Under the pieces are notes generated by a model. The model was not told the origin of the DNA. It searched no databases and saw only the letters and a program-made list of their open reading frames with translations. Positions 27,106-42,057 of a stretch of 64,000 nt of DNA are shown here, piece by piece. Positions within the stretch are counted from its first letter, which is position 1; each line of letters opens with the position of its first letter. The position numbers were made by a program, and so were the translations under genes. This DNA is from the human T2T-CHM13v2.0 reference genome, Homo sapiens, in NCBI RefSeq assembly GCF_009914755.1, contig NC_060935.1, one strand, 5' to 3'.

Positions 27106-28053
27106 TTACATTGATTTAAAGGAGTAACATGGATTTTCCATGAATTTCTTTAAGGCAACATTTACATCATTATTCCTCAGGCTGTAGATCAAGGGATTCA
27201 GCATAGGAATCACCAATGTGTAAAACACAGAAGCCATCTTCTCAGTATCCAGTGAGTGGTTGGTTTGGGGCTGCAAATACATAAATAGCATTGTCCCATA
27301 GAAAACCGTGACTGCTATCATATGCGAAGCGCAGGTGGAAAAGGCTTTTTTCCTTCCTTCTGGTGAACGTATCCTTAGAATGGACAAAACAATATTGAAA
27401 TAAGATACTAGAACTGTAATCATGGAAAAAACCAAATTTGTTGCTGCAGATATAAAGACTATTGTTTCTGGTATGTAAGTATCAGAGCAAGATAATGCTA
27501 ACAGAGGTGCAATATCACAGTAAAAATGATTGATTATATTAGAAGAGCAATAAGACACAGAGAATATACAAGGTGAAACCACAATAGCTGTAGAAAAGCC
27601 ATAGAGGTATGTGAGGGACACCAGCAGGAGGCAGAGCCGCCGAGACACCACCACCATGTAGAGCAGAGGGTTACAAATGGCCACATGGCGGTCATAGGCC
27701 ATCACAGCCAGCATCATTACCTCCGATACAATAAAGAACAAGAACCCTCCCAGTTGGGTGGCACATTCATAGAATGAGGTAGTTTTCTTCTTTACTAAAA
27801 AGTTCATCAGCATTTTAGGGGCAATGACAGTAGAGTTGCCAAGATTGATGATAGCTAGATGTCTCAGGAAAAAGTACATGGGGTTTTGAAGTCGAGAGTC
27901 AACACTGGTGAGGGTGATGATGCCCAGGTTCCCTGCTATGGTCAGCACATAGAGCACTAGGAAGACCAGGAAGAGGGGAATCTGGAGCTCTGGACAGCTA
28001 GAGACACCTGTGAGAATAAACTCAGTGACCCTGGTGAAATTTTCAGGAGCCAT
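27106..28053 (-). CDS. OR8J3: Olfactory receptor 8J3 (315 aa; ORF intact, DRH variant)
   Basis: ATG at 28053 (MAPENFTRVTEF). Motifs [37 protein letters not shown]; C-terminus NPCYSFKSM recognised. Confidence 0.93.
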   Translation of the reverse strand: MAPENFTRVTEFILTGVSSCPELQIPLFLVFLVLYVLTIAGNLGIITLTSVDSRLQNPMYFFLRHLAIINLGNSTVIAPKMLMNFLVKKKTTSFYECATQLGGFLFFIVSEVMMLAVMAYDRHVAICNPLLYMVVVSRRLCLLLVSLTYLYGFSTAIVVSPCIFSVSYCSSNIINHFYCDIAPLLALSCSDTYIPETIVFISAATNLVFSMITVLVSYFNIVLSILRIRSPEGRKKAFSTCASHMIAVTVFYGTMLFMYLQPQTNHSLDTEKMASVFYTLVIPMLNPLIYSLRNNDVNVALKKFMENPCYSFKSM

Positions 28054-28073
28054 GTCAGAGTTTGGAAATTCAT

Positions 28074-28092
28074 CTGTTTGAGGAAGAAAATA
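28074..28092 (-). promoter_or_regulatory. Probable splice acceptor of the OR8J3 coding exon
   Basis: Minus strand tattttcttcctcaaacag|atgaatttcc, 20 nt upstream of the ATG. Confidence 0.55.
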
Positions 28093-28720
28093 AGTGGTTA
28101 TAGACGTTAAGGAATCATTTTCTAGGATTTCCACTAGATGGCAAGGACAATTCCTGGGTGTGATCTTCTTGTCATGTATTAATCTAATTCAGTTATTAAA
28201 CTCAGTATTCTCAGTCTAATAAATCAGCTTTGCAATCACTTGGGAGAGAGTAAAGCAAGTATGGTAAATTTAGTATGGCAAAGTAAATAGTTGTTTCAGC
28301 ATCCTGCAACACTTTGAGGGTTTACTGCCTTGCAGTGTAATTGAATTAAGAATATGTTCTTAGCTTACAAACATTTGAAGCTGGGATGTATCTGATGATT
28401 TTTGCACTGATCATGAGAAAGGCTTAAGAAATTGTATATCGCCAAATAATCCAATGGCTACTTGCAATTTCCTAATCTGATAATTCTTCCTTTGCCTCAA
28501 GACTAGGTACTATACTCTTCATTTTAAGAATTATATCCTTTTATAACATGTATTAGATCTATATTGAGCTTGCAAATTACAACATGCATGTTTGTTTACT
28601 ACTTTTTCTCTTTCCATTTTATTAACTCAAACAAAAATACATGGATAAATCTCTTCAGATCTATTTTTCAGGTAGCTGTTTCTCTTCTTAGGTTTCCATA
28701 AATAATATCAGTAAAATTTT

Positions 28721-29040
28721 GTGCAGGCGTGGTGGCTCAAACCGGTAATCCCAGCACTTTGGGAGGCCGAGGCGGGCAGATCATGAGGTCAGGAGATGGA
28801 GACCACCCTGGCTAACACAGTGAAACCCCTTTCTACAAACAAACAAACAAAAAAAAATAATTAGCCGTGCGTCGTGGCGGGCGCCTGTAGTCCCAGCTAC
28901 TCGGGAGGCTGAGGCAGGAGAATGGCGTGGACCCTGGAGGCGGAGCTTGCAGTGAGCCGAGATTGCGCCAGTGAGCCGAGATTGCGCCACTGCACTCCAG
29001 CCTGGGCGACAGAGCGAGACTCCGTCTCAAAAAAAAAAAA
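28721..29040 (+). mobile_element. AluY with internal 19-bp tandem duplication
   Basis: agtgagccgagattgcgcc x2 (28951-28988); TSD atcagtaaaatttt / atcagtaagatttt. Confidence 0.95.
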
Positions 29041-30499
29041 ATCAGTAAGATTTTTATCATTTTTGTAATTCCTCAACATTATGCTTTCCTGGGTACTACT
29101 TTCTATTTCTTCCCTCTCATGACTATTCTTTTCCTTGTGCTAAAAGTTCGTACAATACTCCGTGTTTTTTTCATGATTTTTCTTTTAATTCAATTTTTTG
29201 TTTATAAAATGTTATATTTCTTAAATTTACACAATACACCTGCTCTTAATTTTAGCTGATCTGTTTTTTTTACGTTTTTTGATATTTATATTATTGTAAC
29301 AGGAATAAACACCTTCATTTTGAGGGTTTTTATGATAATTATGTTGCATGTATTTGCCATAGATTCAGCGTGCTATTTTAGTATGGATGAACACTTTCCT
29401 AGAGTTGTATATTTTAATCATGATTATTTGCCCCTAACTAAGTGAATTCATGTCCTGTTGGAGTCACAATTGATAGTTCCAGTGGTGGGCACCTGGTCCA
29501 AATAAGTCTTATCATATAGTTCTTTATTTTAAAGTTCACAATTAAGTTCCAGAAAGTTAAGAATATATTATCACACAGATCTGAATTTTAAAAGCCCAGA
29601 GCTATTCAGTTTCTCTCCTTCTAAAAGAGATAGAATAGAAAGAGAAACAAATGATTATTCTACAGTGAGAAAAAATAAAGAAGTGACTACTTAAAAAAAA
29701 AAAACAGAGAAATAACACCAAAATGACTCCTAACGTTGTTGGATATCTGGTACCAGTTTGTTTGATGATACCAAGCATAAATTTTTCCTGTGGGTTCTGT
29801 GAATTATCCTCTTATTTTCCACATATTTATTAAAATTCTACTTTGTTCCAGGCTATGTTCGAGCTTCAGATAAATTACCTGACCCTCAGATCGTGAATAT
29901 GTTATTGTAATGATAGGGAAGAGAAAAATCTGTTAAGAAGGCATATAAACACAATAATTGCAGATTTAAATAAGCATAATAGGTAAAACAAACAAGATAA
30001 TATACTAGGATAACCTGGGAGAGTACTATCACATAGAATATTAATATTAATACTTTTACAAGGAAGGCTCTTCTGAGAAGGTGGCATTTGAATTGAAACC
30101 TAAAGGTGGAGAAGGAATTAGCTATTTAATCAGTCACAGGAAGGGCATTCCAGGATTCCAGGCAAGAATTAATTTCTTGAAAATGCGTATCTGGGAAAAA
30201 ATATGGCCTATGCCACATCTGTTCTTCATTCAGATAAAGTTATCCTGCCTTTAGAATATGTTCTTATAAATGCTGTAACGTGCATAGATAGGAAATGAGA
30301 ATAGGACAGGAGGGGCACTAGGTAAATAATGATAGACAAAGATCCTTGTTAAAAATAGTTGAAAAGCATGAAACATTAAGTTAATAGCCCTATATTGCAA
30401 GGGAGGAAATAGTTTTGCAGAGTATAGGGGCCTTCAACATCTTTGGTGATAACCTAGTTTAAACTCTGCCCTTGAAAATTGTCAATGATCAATGTTTCT

Positions 30500-30690
30500 A
30501 CTTACTTCAACAGAGAATCTGCTTTGCTTTCTACTTCTTTAGCCCTCACAGGTGGCTACAGAATAGATTTAAGGTTTTTTTCTAAAACCCTTGAGACTCA
30601 TTTAGTTGAAGTTTCAATCTGATTCAAGGATAAAAAATTGTACATAATTACCTGAGGGAGAGTGCCTTGGATATTTGTTAATTATTCTCA
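30500..30690 (-). promoter_or_regulatory. Candidate OR8J3 promoter and 5' non-coding exon
   Basis: TAATTA-CCTGAGGGA (30645-30659), second TTAATTA ~30678, and minus-strand donor gaa|GTAAGT at 30505. Confidence 0.35.
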
Positions 30691-31010
30691 GAATTTTCCA
30701 TTAGAAAAAGTCATAATATTTTATGTTTCAGTCTAACTGAATAATTGAATTATGCAATATGACTAAACACAGGAAATTATAAATATGACTTTGTCAGCAT
30801 TTTGGTTACACAGTATTTTGCTCATATTAAGTATACCACACACAGACACCCACATATGCAATTTGTTAGTAAATGAGAAAAAATTTTCTAGAAAAAAACA
30901 TGCAAAATTTGATAATACAACATCCATTGACAAAGAATACTTTTGGTGATTATGGTATAATTCTACCAGACATATAGTTATTGGTTGACATAAGAAAGTG
31001 TCATGACTTT

Positions 31011-31358
<348 letters not shown>

Positions 31359-33720
31359 TCAGTGGTAAACATTTCTTCATTCGTTTATATCTTTTATCAC
31401 TAGCAATTTTGAAGAATTTTTTATAATTTTTTATAATTAAATTTTTTATAATTGATGGTGAAGCACTTTGGCATCATTTTCTTTCTGTTTATTTTGCTTG
31501 GAGTTATTTTATCCTGTTGTATCTTCATCATTATTAAAAAATAAACTTAGAAATTCTGGCCAACATCTTTTTCCCTGTTTCTTGTCCTATAATATAGTTT
31601 TTTCTTTCCACTTAGACCTTATAATTAAACATGTGGTAGGTATCTTGTTATTGTTCTATAGTTGACTGAGACTGTTTCAGTGGGTTTTGTTTTTAGTATT
31701 ATGTTTCTCTCTGGCTTCATTTTGAGTGTCTATTGTGACAAGTCACATCTTTTCTTTTTCAGTGTATGTTTTTTACTCAATAAATATTTGTTCATATGTA
31801 ATATTGTATTTTCATTTATTTCTCACAGTGTTGGTATTTGTGCTAAATCATTCAGTATATCCAACATCTATAATAACATTTTGAAGGTTGCACACTGCTG
31901 CTTTCTCATAGGACTAGAATTTGTGATTGGATGTTGAATATTGTAAATTTTATAAGAATAATTGCTGTGTTTTATTTTAATTTGTTTTCCTAAAAGAATG
32001 ATAAATGTTTTAAAATGTACAAGTAATTATTGACTTTAGTCACCTTGTCGTGCTGTCAGTTATCAGTTGACTCTATTCGAGACTTGTTTTCAAGCTGGCA
32101 AAGGGGTTTAAAATAGCTTTGTTCCTGAGATTTCTACTGGATGTCTATGTCTTGTAAAAGGACTTTCCACTATGACTTTTTAGAATTCTAATGTCTTCCT
32201 GCCCTGTGTAGTTTCTATGAAATGTTTCAGCGCACAATTTCCTGGTCATTCTTTTAACAGCTTTATGTCATGCACAAGTCTAGGGTTCAGCCAAAATCTC
32301 AAGAAAACTTATGGAGGAAAGGATGACCAACAATAAGGATAGGACCTATAGGAAACAAATAGCAATATGCCAAAAGGATGTTCTCCATTATCTGTGATAA
32401 CTTTAAATGGACATGGATTACATTCTCCAATTAAAAGAAAGAAATTGACAGAATAAATTAAACAAACCAAAAAAACCACGTGATCCAAATATATGCTATC
32501 TGCATGAGTCTGACTCACTTTGTTTAAATAAAATGAAAACAAGATTGAGAATGTACATCCTATTTTAAAAAAAGGCAAAACCCCTACAAAATAAAGATAT
32601 AGCTTACTAAAATGTAGCTTAATGTGTGTTCCACTGGTAGAATATAAGGTATGAGATCACTAAAGAAAATAGTAAATCAGAAGAAAGACATTTTCGAAGG
32701 AAGTGGTATTTTAATTGAATTCTATAATATGAGGGTTAATTGGCTGATTATAATGAGAACAATCTATTTTTGAAGTGTTAAAATGGTTCTTTTTGTAGAG
32801 TCATAAAGAATGTAATTATATCTATTAGAAACACTATCAAGTGATAAATATTTTCTCATAATTTATTGGAACAATGTTCCATAGTGTACTGTAAAGACAA
32901 AGTTTGCACTAATTCTTAAAGACTCTATAAAAGACATTTTTAACCCCTAAGTTGCTAAAGCTGTAGATCAAGAGGTTAAACCTGAGGATCATTAAAGTGT
33001 AGAACAAGGAGGCCATTTATCCATATCAAAAAGTAGAGATCCATAGAACATAACCACCATTGTAAGATGAGAACCACACATGGAGAAAGCTTTTTTCCTG
33101 CCCAGTGCAGAATGCATTCAACATATGGCTAACAAAATCAGAATGTTTAACACTAGCAATACCAGGAGGTAGGGATCAAATTAAATGCTGTAAGCAGTGT
33201 GATCAACAATTCTCTTTCCTGTGCATTTGAGCATAGCATATGGAAGAAGAGAACATCATAACAATAGAAATGACTGATGATAAAGCTACAGAAGGTCAAA
33301 AAAAGGTCATTGTGATAATTAGAGATTGAAATGTATTACAGAGGTATGGAATGCTCATCAGCACATGTTACAGTCACAGACACATGATAACAATGTAAAA
33401 CAAAGGGTTGGAGTTCACCACATAGCAATCATAGGCCATGCTTACCAAGATTAAAAGTTCAGTGATAATGAACATAAGAAAGTCATATGTGTGGCACATG
33501 CATAATAGGAAATGTTATTCTGATCCACAACAAAATTTAACATTTTATTGGTGTAAATAACAATACAATTGTAAAAATCAATGAAAAATATGTGTTTGAT
33601 TAAAAAATATACAACAGGTGTGTATAGGTGGGAGTCTAGTTTGGTCAAAATATTCATGCCCAGGTTGCTCATCACTGTGATCAGGTAGGTGATGAGGGAG
33701 ACATCACAAGAAGTTAAGCT

Positions 33721-35063
33721 GGCTGGGTACAGTGCCTCATGCTTGTAATCCCAGTACTTTGGAAGGCCAAGATGTGTGGATCACTTGGGGTCAAGAGTTC
33801 GAGACCAGCCTGGCCAACATGGTGAAACCCTGTTACTTAAAAATACAAAAATTAGCGCCACCCCGTCTGGGAAGTGAGGAGAGTCTCTGCCTGGCTGCCC
33901 ATCGTCTGGGATGTGAGGAGCCCCTCTGCCTGGCTGCCCAGTCTGGAAAGTGAGGAGCGTCTCTGCCCACCCGCCATCCCATCTAGAAAGTGAGGAGCGC
34001 CTCTTCCCGGCCGCCATCCCATCTAGGAAGTGAGGAGCGTCTCTGCCCGGCCGCCCATCTTCTGAGATGTGGGGAGCGCCTCTGCCCCACCGCCCCGTCT
34101 GGGATGTGAGGAGCACCTCTGCCCGGCCGCGACCCCATCTGGGAGGTGAGGAGCGTCTCTGCCCGGCCGCCCCGTCTGAGAAGTGAGGAGACACTCCGCC
34201 CGGCAGCCTCCCCGTCTGAGAAGTGAGGAGCCCTTCCGCCCGGCAGCCACCCCGTCTGGGAAGTGAGGAGCGTCTCTGCCTGGCAGCCGCCCCGTCCGGG
34301 AGGGAGGTGGGGGGGTCAGCCCCCGGCCCGGCCAGCCGCCCCGTCCGGGAGGTGAGGGGCGCCTCTGCCCGGCCGCCCCTACTGGGAAGTGAGGAGGCCC
34401 TCTGCCCGGCCACCACCCCGTCTGGGAGGTGTACCCAACAGCTCATTGAGAACGGGCCATGATGACAATGGCGGTTTTGTGGAATAGAAAAGGGGGAAAG
34501 GTGGGGAAAAGATTGAGAAATCGGATGGCTGCTGTGTCTGTGTAGAAAGAAGTAGACATGGGAGACTTTTCATTTTGTTCTGTACTAAGAAAAATTCTTC
34601 TGCCTTGGGATCCTGTTGATCTGTGACCTTACCCCCAACCCTGTGCTCTCTGAAACATGTGCTGTGTCCACTCAGGGTTAAATGGATTAAGGGCGGTGCA
34701 AGATGTGCTTTGTTAAACAGATGCTTGAAGGCAGCATGCTCATTAAGAGTCATCACCACTCCCTAATCTCAAGTACCCAGGGACACAAACACTGCTGAAG
34801 GCCGCAGGGTCCTCTGCCTAGGAAAACCAGAGACTTTTGTTCACTTGTTTATCTGCTGACCTTCCCTCCACTATTGTCCTATGACCCTGCCAAATCCCCC
34901 TCTGCGAGAAACACCCAAGAATGATCAATAAAAATAAATTAATTAATTAAAAAATAAATAAACAAATAATTAAATAGTTGGCCAAAAAAAAAAAAAATAC
35001 AAAAATGAGCCAGACATGGTGGTGCATGTCTGTTGTAATCCCAGCTACTTGGAATTCTGAGGC
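33721..35063 (+). mobile_element. Alu (AluS), split by SVA and lacking most of its right arm
   Basis: Left arm 33721-33856; right arm start 35011-~35063 merges into OR sequence. Confidence 0.9.
33857..34992 (+). mobile_element. 5'-truncated SVA (VNTR + SINE-R + tail), SVA_C/D-like
   Basis: VNTR gccaccccgtctgggaagtgaggagcg; SINE-R ending cacccaagaatgatcaataaa; TSD aaaaatacaaaaattagc / aaaaatacaaaaatgagc. Confidence 0.97.
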
Positions 35064-35529
35064 ATCCTGTGACTTCATTAAAGTCAGTCTTCACTGTTAG
35101 ATTATTTTGCCCCTTTTAGTCCAATTACACCTTTTTGGAGGAAACAGGTATTATAAGCTTTCATTTAGTATCACTCAAACAATTTACTATGTTTGTGAAC
35201 AGAACAGAATAAATTTTTTTATTTATAATAGGGTATAATTCGAATATAACTTAATATAAATAACTAATTCTAAACATCTGATTCTAAAACTAAAAAAAAT
35301 GATAGAATCTTCTACTTTTCAAATGCAGGGATAAATATAACATATTGCATTGACACAGCATATATTAAATTCTTAATAGAATGTGCATATCAATTGATAG
35401 CAAAGCTCTATGTGTATCAATATATGAATATTAGACTTTATTTCCTCTACATAATGGTATCACAGTTTTTCTTTAGTACATTTCTATTATGTTTGACAAT
35501 TTTGGTGGAACTTTATATTCTTAAAGAGT

Positions 35530-36400
<871 letters not shown>

Positions 36401-36580
36401 AAGATGTGTTTAAAATAAATGATTTATATTTATGGCTAAATAAATGATTATATTTGGCTAAAATAAATTATTTATATTTAATAAACATAGTTTGTGATAA
36501 TTTATTTTATGTACTTTATTTCCTTTTATATAATGATATGGAGATAATAACATCTATAAAGCATACACAAATATTTATTT

Positions 36581-36722
36581 GCTTGGTGCGGTGGCTTACA
36601 CCTATAATCCGAGCTACTCAGGAGGCTGAGGTGGGAGGATTGCTTGAGCCCAGGAGTTCCAGGCTGCAGTGAAGTTGTGCCATTGCACTCCAGCTTGAGC
36701 AACAGAGTGAGACCCAGTCTGT
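36581..36722 (+). mobile_element. Alu monomer (FLAM/FRAM-like)
   Basis: Single-arm Alu-like sequence. Confidence 0.8.
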
Positions 36723-38641
36723 AAATACATAGATACATATATTTCTAAATGTTTTCATAATGCATATTACATAATAGATATTTACACACATATAATTGAC
36801 ATATTGCATATGTATACATAATACATATTAAATGTATTACATCACGAATTAATATCTTATTATTTCTGGAATTATGCAATTATTTTTGGTATTTATAGAG
36901 TATAACACTGTGATTTACAAATATTTCTGTAATAAGTACAGCCTCTCCATTTAACAAAATTAACATGCAGTCAGTCAATCAAAGTGGAACTGGTCTAATT
37001 AAAAATAATGAAGTGGCTTTTTCCTAATCTCTTGGATTCTCCTCTTATCACATTCACTGTTAACTCAGTGAAAGCCTGGATACTTTTTAATCGGAAGGGT
37101 AATTGGATTTCAAGATATTTAGTTAGATAAAATGCAGAATAGAATTATAATTTAACCGAATGCCATCATCAGCCTGCACAACTATCAGGTAGAAACTTTT
37201 GGGAGACAACCCCTTGGTCCACATCTACATTCTGGAGCAGCTGGAGCCTGGAGCTAACTGGCAGGTGGTAGCGATTCTAAGATCTGATAATTCATATGTA
37301 TAGGCTGTTCCACATTGTCCAGGGAATGAGGACAGAAGGGGAGTACAATACAGGAGAGCTAGTGAGCCACTTACAACCTTCTTCCCAGATGAAGCCATCT
37401 TCTGTTTCTCCGTAGAGCCTCACTCTTCCTTTCTGGCCTCTTCCTGTCTTACAAGCAATAACTAGAAAGAAACTCCTTTTGGAAACTTTATTTTGAATTT
37501 CCAAAATCTCAGGGCCTGCTATCATAGGGTTTATTGTAGAATAGGAGGTACACTGGATTGATCAAAGGAATTCAGATTTCCAGCACCAATCTTACCACTT
37601 CGAAGTGTTTAAATTTTGCTAAGAATTCTTCTAGTGTTTGTTAGCTTTTCTTCATTTCCAACGTTAGTTATTACCTTCCTCTGAAGACTTCTGGATTCTT
37701 TTACCTTTATTTTTGTGTGGAAAAATATATCTGATCTCTTCAGAACATTTTTTGTTTATTTGTAGGAATTTAAGGGGTCCTAGTACAGTTTTGTTGTGTA
37801 GATATATTGCATAGTGGTGAAGTCTGAGCTTTAATTGTATTCATAATGTACTCCAGTTCTATTCATGTTGTTGCAAATAATAGGATTTTTATCTTTTTGA
37901 TGGTGAAATAATATAAAGAGGAATAAAAGCTCATGGCAAAATTGAATTAAAGGATAACAATAAAATGTAAACTTTTTTTTAACGTGAGTGCCATCAAGTT
38001 CAAGACACTTTTTGTAAGTGATGACACCAGTCAAAATTAGTTCATGTCTGACGGACTGTGTGTTTCGGAAATTTACCCATGTCAATACATTCTTTTTTAC
38101 ATTATTAATTGAAACAAAATGGGTTTCCATTGTAGAATTTTGAAGACTAGCAAACAAAAAAAAAGAGTCGTAAGGAGCCAAATCAGACAGTAGGATGGAG
38201 GCCTAATGGTTTTCCATCAAAACTATCACAAAATTGCCCTTGTTTGATGAGAGTAATGAGTAGGAGCCTTGTCTTGGTGGAGAACGACTTTCTGGTAAAG
38301 CTCTCCTGTGTATTTGACTGATAAAACTTTGGCTAACTCTCTGTCAATACATAGTTATAATAAGCAGATACTATCTTCTTTGTCCCTCTGGAAAACCAAC
38401 AAGCAAAATTCTTGAGTGTCTCAAAAAAACCATTGCCATGATGTTTTCTCTTGACCTGTCTGCTTTTGCTTTGTCTGAACCACTTCCCCCTATTGGCAGT
38501 CATTGGATTGATTGTGCTGTATCTTCAGGGCCATACTGCTAAAACCATGTTTTACCTCCTGTTGTAATTTTTATCTCATGTACTTCATCTTCAGGGCCAT
38601 ACTGGTAAAACCATGTTGTATCTCCTGTTACAATTCTTTGA

Positions 38642-38990
<349 letters not shown>

Positions 38991-39290
38991 CTCAAAATTT
39001 CTATTGAGAGCTCTGCTCTTGTCTGCAACTCATCTGGGTGCAATGGTTTTTAATGGTAAAGAGTTAGCTCAACTTTAATTTTTTACACAGAAATTATGAA
39101 AGCTGACCCAATTGAGATGTCAATGTTATTGGCTACTGTTTCTGCTGTTAATTGCTAGTCCTTTTCAAGTAGGGTATGAACAGGATGAATTTTTTTCCTT
39201 GTGAATTAATGCACATGGTTTGTCTCTGAGAGCTTCAGCTCTTCTTTTATCATCATCTTATCCCTGATTACAATGATTGATACATTTGTA

Positions 39291-39679
<389 letters not shown>

Positions 39680-40956
39680 TTATTGCTTTAGCAGAATTCA
39701 TGTTGCTCTGACAGGGGCTCTTTTCAAAGTAATGGCTTATCCTTCTTAGTGTATCAGACTAGGTCTTGTTTAGACATCTCATATTTCCATGAACTTTACG
39801 AAGACCCTCCGTATTCCATTGTATGTATATACCACCTGTTTTTGTTGTCCTTTCATGAATTGATGGATATTTAGCTTGAAGTTCCACCTTTAGAATTACC
39901 ATATTTTTATTTTTTTTAATTTTCACTTGTTTTCTTACAGTGTTAATTTTGCTAAATGATTCAATACATTAAACATATTTATAACAGTTATTTTAGAGTC
40001 CTTACCTGCTAATTCTATCATTATGTCTTTTCTGTTTTATTTTAATTATCTCATGGATAGGCTCACCCATTGCTCTTTTCCCATATGTCTAGTATTTATG
40101 ACTAGATGCTGAAGATTGTGAATTTTATGTTAATGGATGCCATAAGTTTATTTGTTTGCTGGTTTGTTTCTCTAAAATAATGTTAAATGTTTAAGACAAG
40201 TATCAGTTGGCTCCTTTTGTGACTTGTTTGAAGGTGTATGATTAGAGTTTAATGCAGACTTTACCTCTGAGGTTTCTATCAAATGCCCATTTATTGAACA
40301 AGGACTCACTCTACATTGACTTAACTCGAATGTCTTCCTGCCCTGTGCAGTCTCTGGGAATTTTTCAGCTTATATTCCCTGATCATTATTTTAATATACT
40401 TGAGTATGTTCCTTATAACCACCCACAATTTAATGTTCAGCCACAAAAACAAGATGAACTTGTAATTGAGGGAAGGATGAACAACACACGTTAATAGATA
40501 TGACATATAGGAAACAAATAGCAATATGCCAGAAAGAAGTACTCTATTATTCACAGTTATTTTAAATGTACACAAATTAAGCTCTCCAATTAAAAGGCAG
40601 AGATAGTAGAATGAATTAAAACAATGATGTGATTCAACTATATATGGTATGGAATAGATTTACTTTGTTTATACTGTTGTTTTATGTCTGGAAAATTAAA
40701 AAAAAAAATTGGAAAAATGTATATTCAATAAAGAAAAAAATGTTATTAACACACCCATAGTGTACTGATGTAGCTTTTTAAAAGTATTTTGAAGAGGAGA
40801 AATATGAGGTTCTATAGAATCACTGAAGAAAACGCTGAATCAGCAGCAAAATATGCTGATAAAGAGATGACACATAATTGAGATATAAAATATGATGTTT
40901 CACTTGGCTGAATATAAGGAAAACAACCTATTGGAGAAAAGGATGAACAAACATTA

Positions 40957-41226
<270 letters not shown>

Positions 41227-41528
41227 TTATAATTAAAAAGTACGGATAGTAGAATGAATGTAAACAACAACGATGTGATCCAGCTATATGCTGTTGGATG
41301 ACAGAGTATTGTGAGATGTGTTGTAATCAGTTTTTGCTCTCAAGCCCAAATTAATACAATTATTTATACATGAAAATATTATCAAGTGGAGAAGATGATT
41401 GGCAGGAGACAGGGCTAACGTGTAGCTCACACTTAGACGGACAGAACAGCATGTGGAGAATCATACCACGATTTTTTGCTCTTAGAACTACTGCGGAAAC
41501 ATATCAGGAAAACCAAAAGAATACATAG

Positions 41529-42057
41529 TGCTACAGTCATGCCCATGCACCACAACGTAGTAGTCTGTTGATGTGAGGTATCACCTGAAGTTCTCTGTCT
41601 CAGGACCAAGAGAATTAAGGAGCATGGACACAAAAAGTGAGGTTGGAGTCAAAGTTTAATAAGCAAAAGAAGAAAGTTCTCCACTGTGGAGAGGAGACCT
41701 GGAAGATGGTTGCACTGATGAGGGCTGGGGTGTTTCATTTGCACAAGGCACAAATTTCTGGTAGCTTCATCCTGTCCTCCTAGTGCACATGTGGGCCCTT
41801 AGCTTGAGTTACTCCATATTGCTTTGTTCCCCTTACTATGCATGTGTCAGGGGATGGAATTTTCCATTGCAGGCATGTATGGGAAAGTCACCTGTGTAGT
41901 CTTTCTTATCTGTACTGCTATGGGGATGTCTTAGGCAAGCCCCCTTGTGCAAGTTCTCTTATCTGTGCCTGCAGGCTGTTCTTTTGTTTGAAAGGAGTCA
42001 ACTGAGGACCCGCCCTAACTACCTGCCTGACTGAGTTTTTTCCTTTCTCCTCCCTCA
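41529..42057 (-). mobile_element. ERV1 solo LTR (MER84-like)
   Basis: TG...CA ends, 4-bp TSD atag (41525-41528 / 42058-42061); minus strand starts TGAGGGAGGAGAAAGGAAAAAAC. Confidence 0.8.

Larger units (their letters stand above)
32909..35115 (-). pseudogene. OR8K4P: OR8K-subfamily pseudogene (OR8K5 paralogue) disrupted by Alu+SVA
   Basis: LTKLDSHLYTP and [10 protein letters not shown]-type motifs align to OR8K5. The start codon is mutated to AAG (35113-35115), the stop is at 32909-32911, and there are frameshifts. Symbol inferred from recalled cluster order. Confidence 0.8.

Noticed and set aside
28054-28134. 27-aa N-terminal extension of OR8J3
   Set aside because: Starts at a non-ATG codon and crosses a probable splice acceptor
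28781-29079. Alu-derived ORFs (also ~31071, 39302, 40954, 53444, 55136, 63414)
   Set aside because: Standard translations of Alu consensus, not genes
33781-34759. Pro/Arg/Gly-rich ORFs and a CRISPR-like repeat array
   Set aside because: These are the SVA VNTR and SINE-R; there are no unique spacers or cas genes, and the DNA is primate
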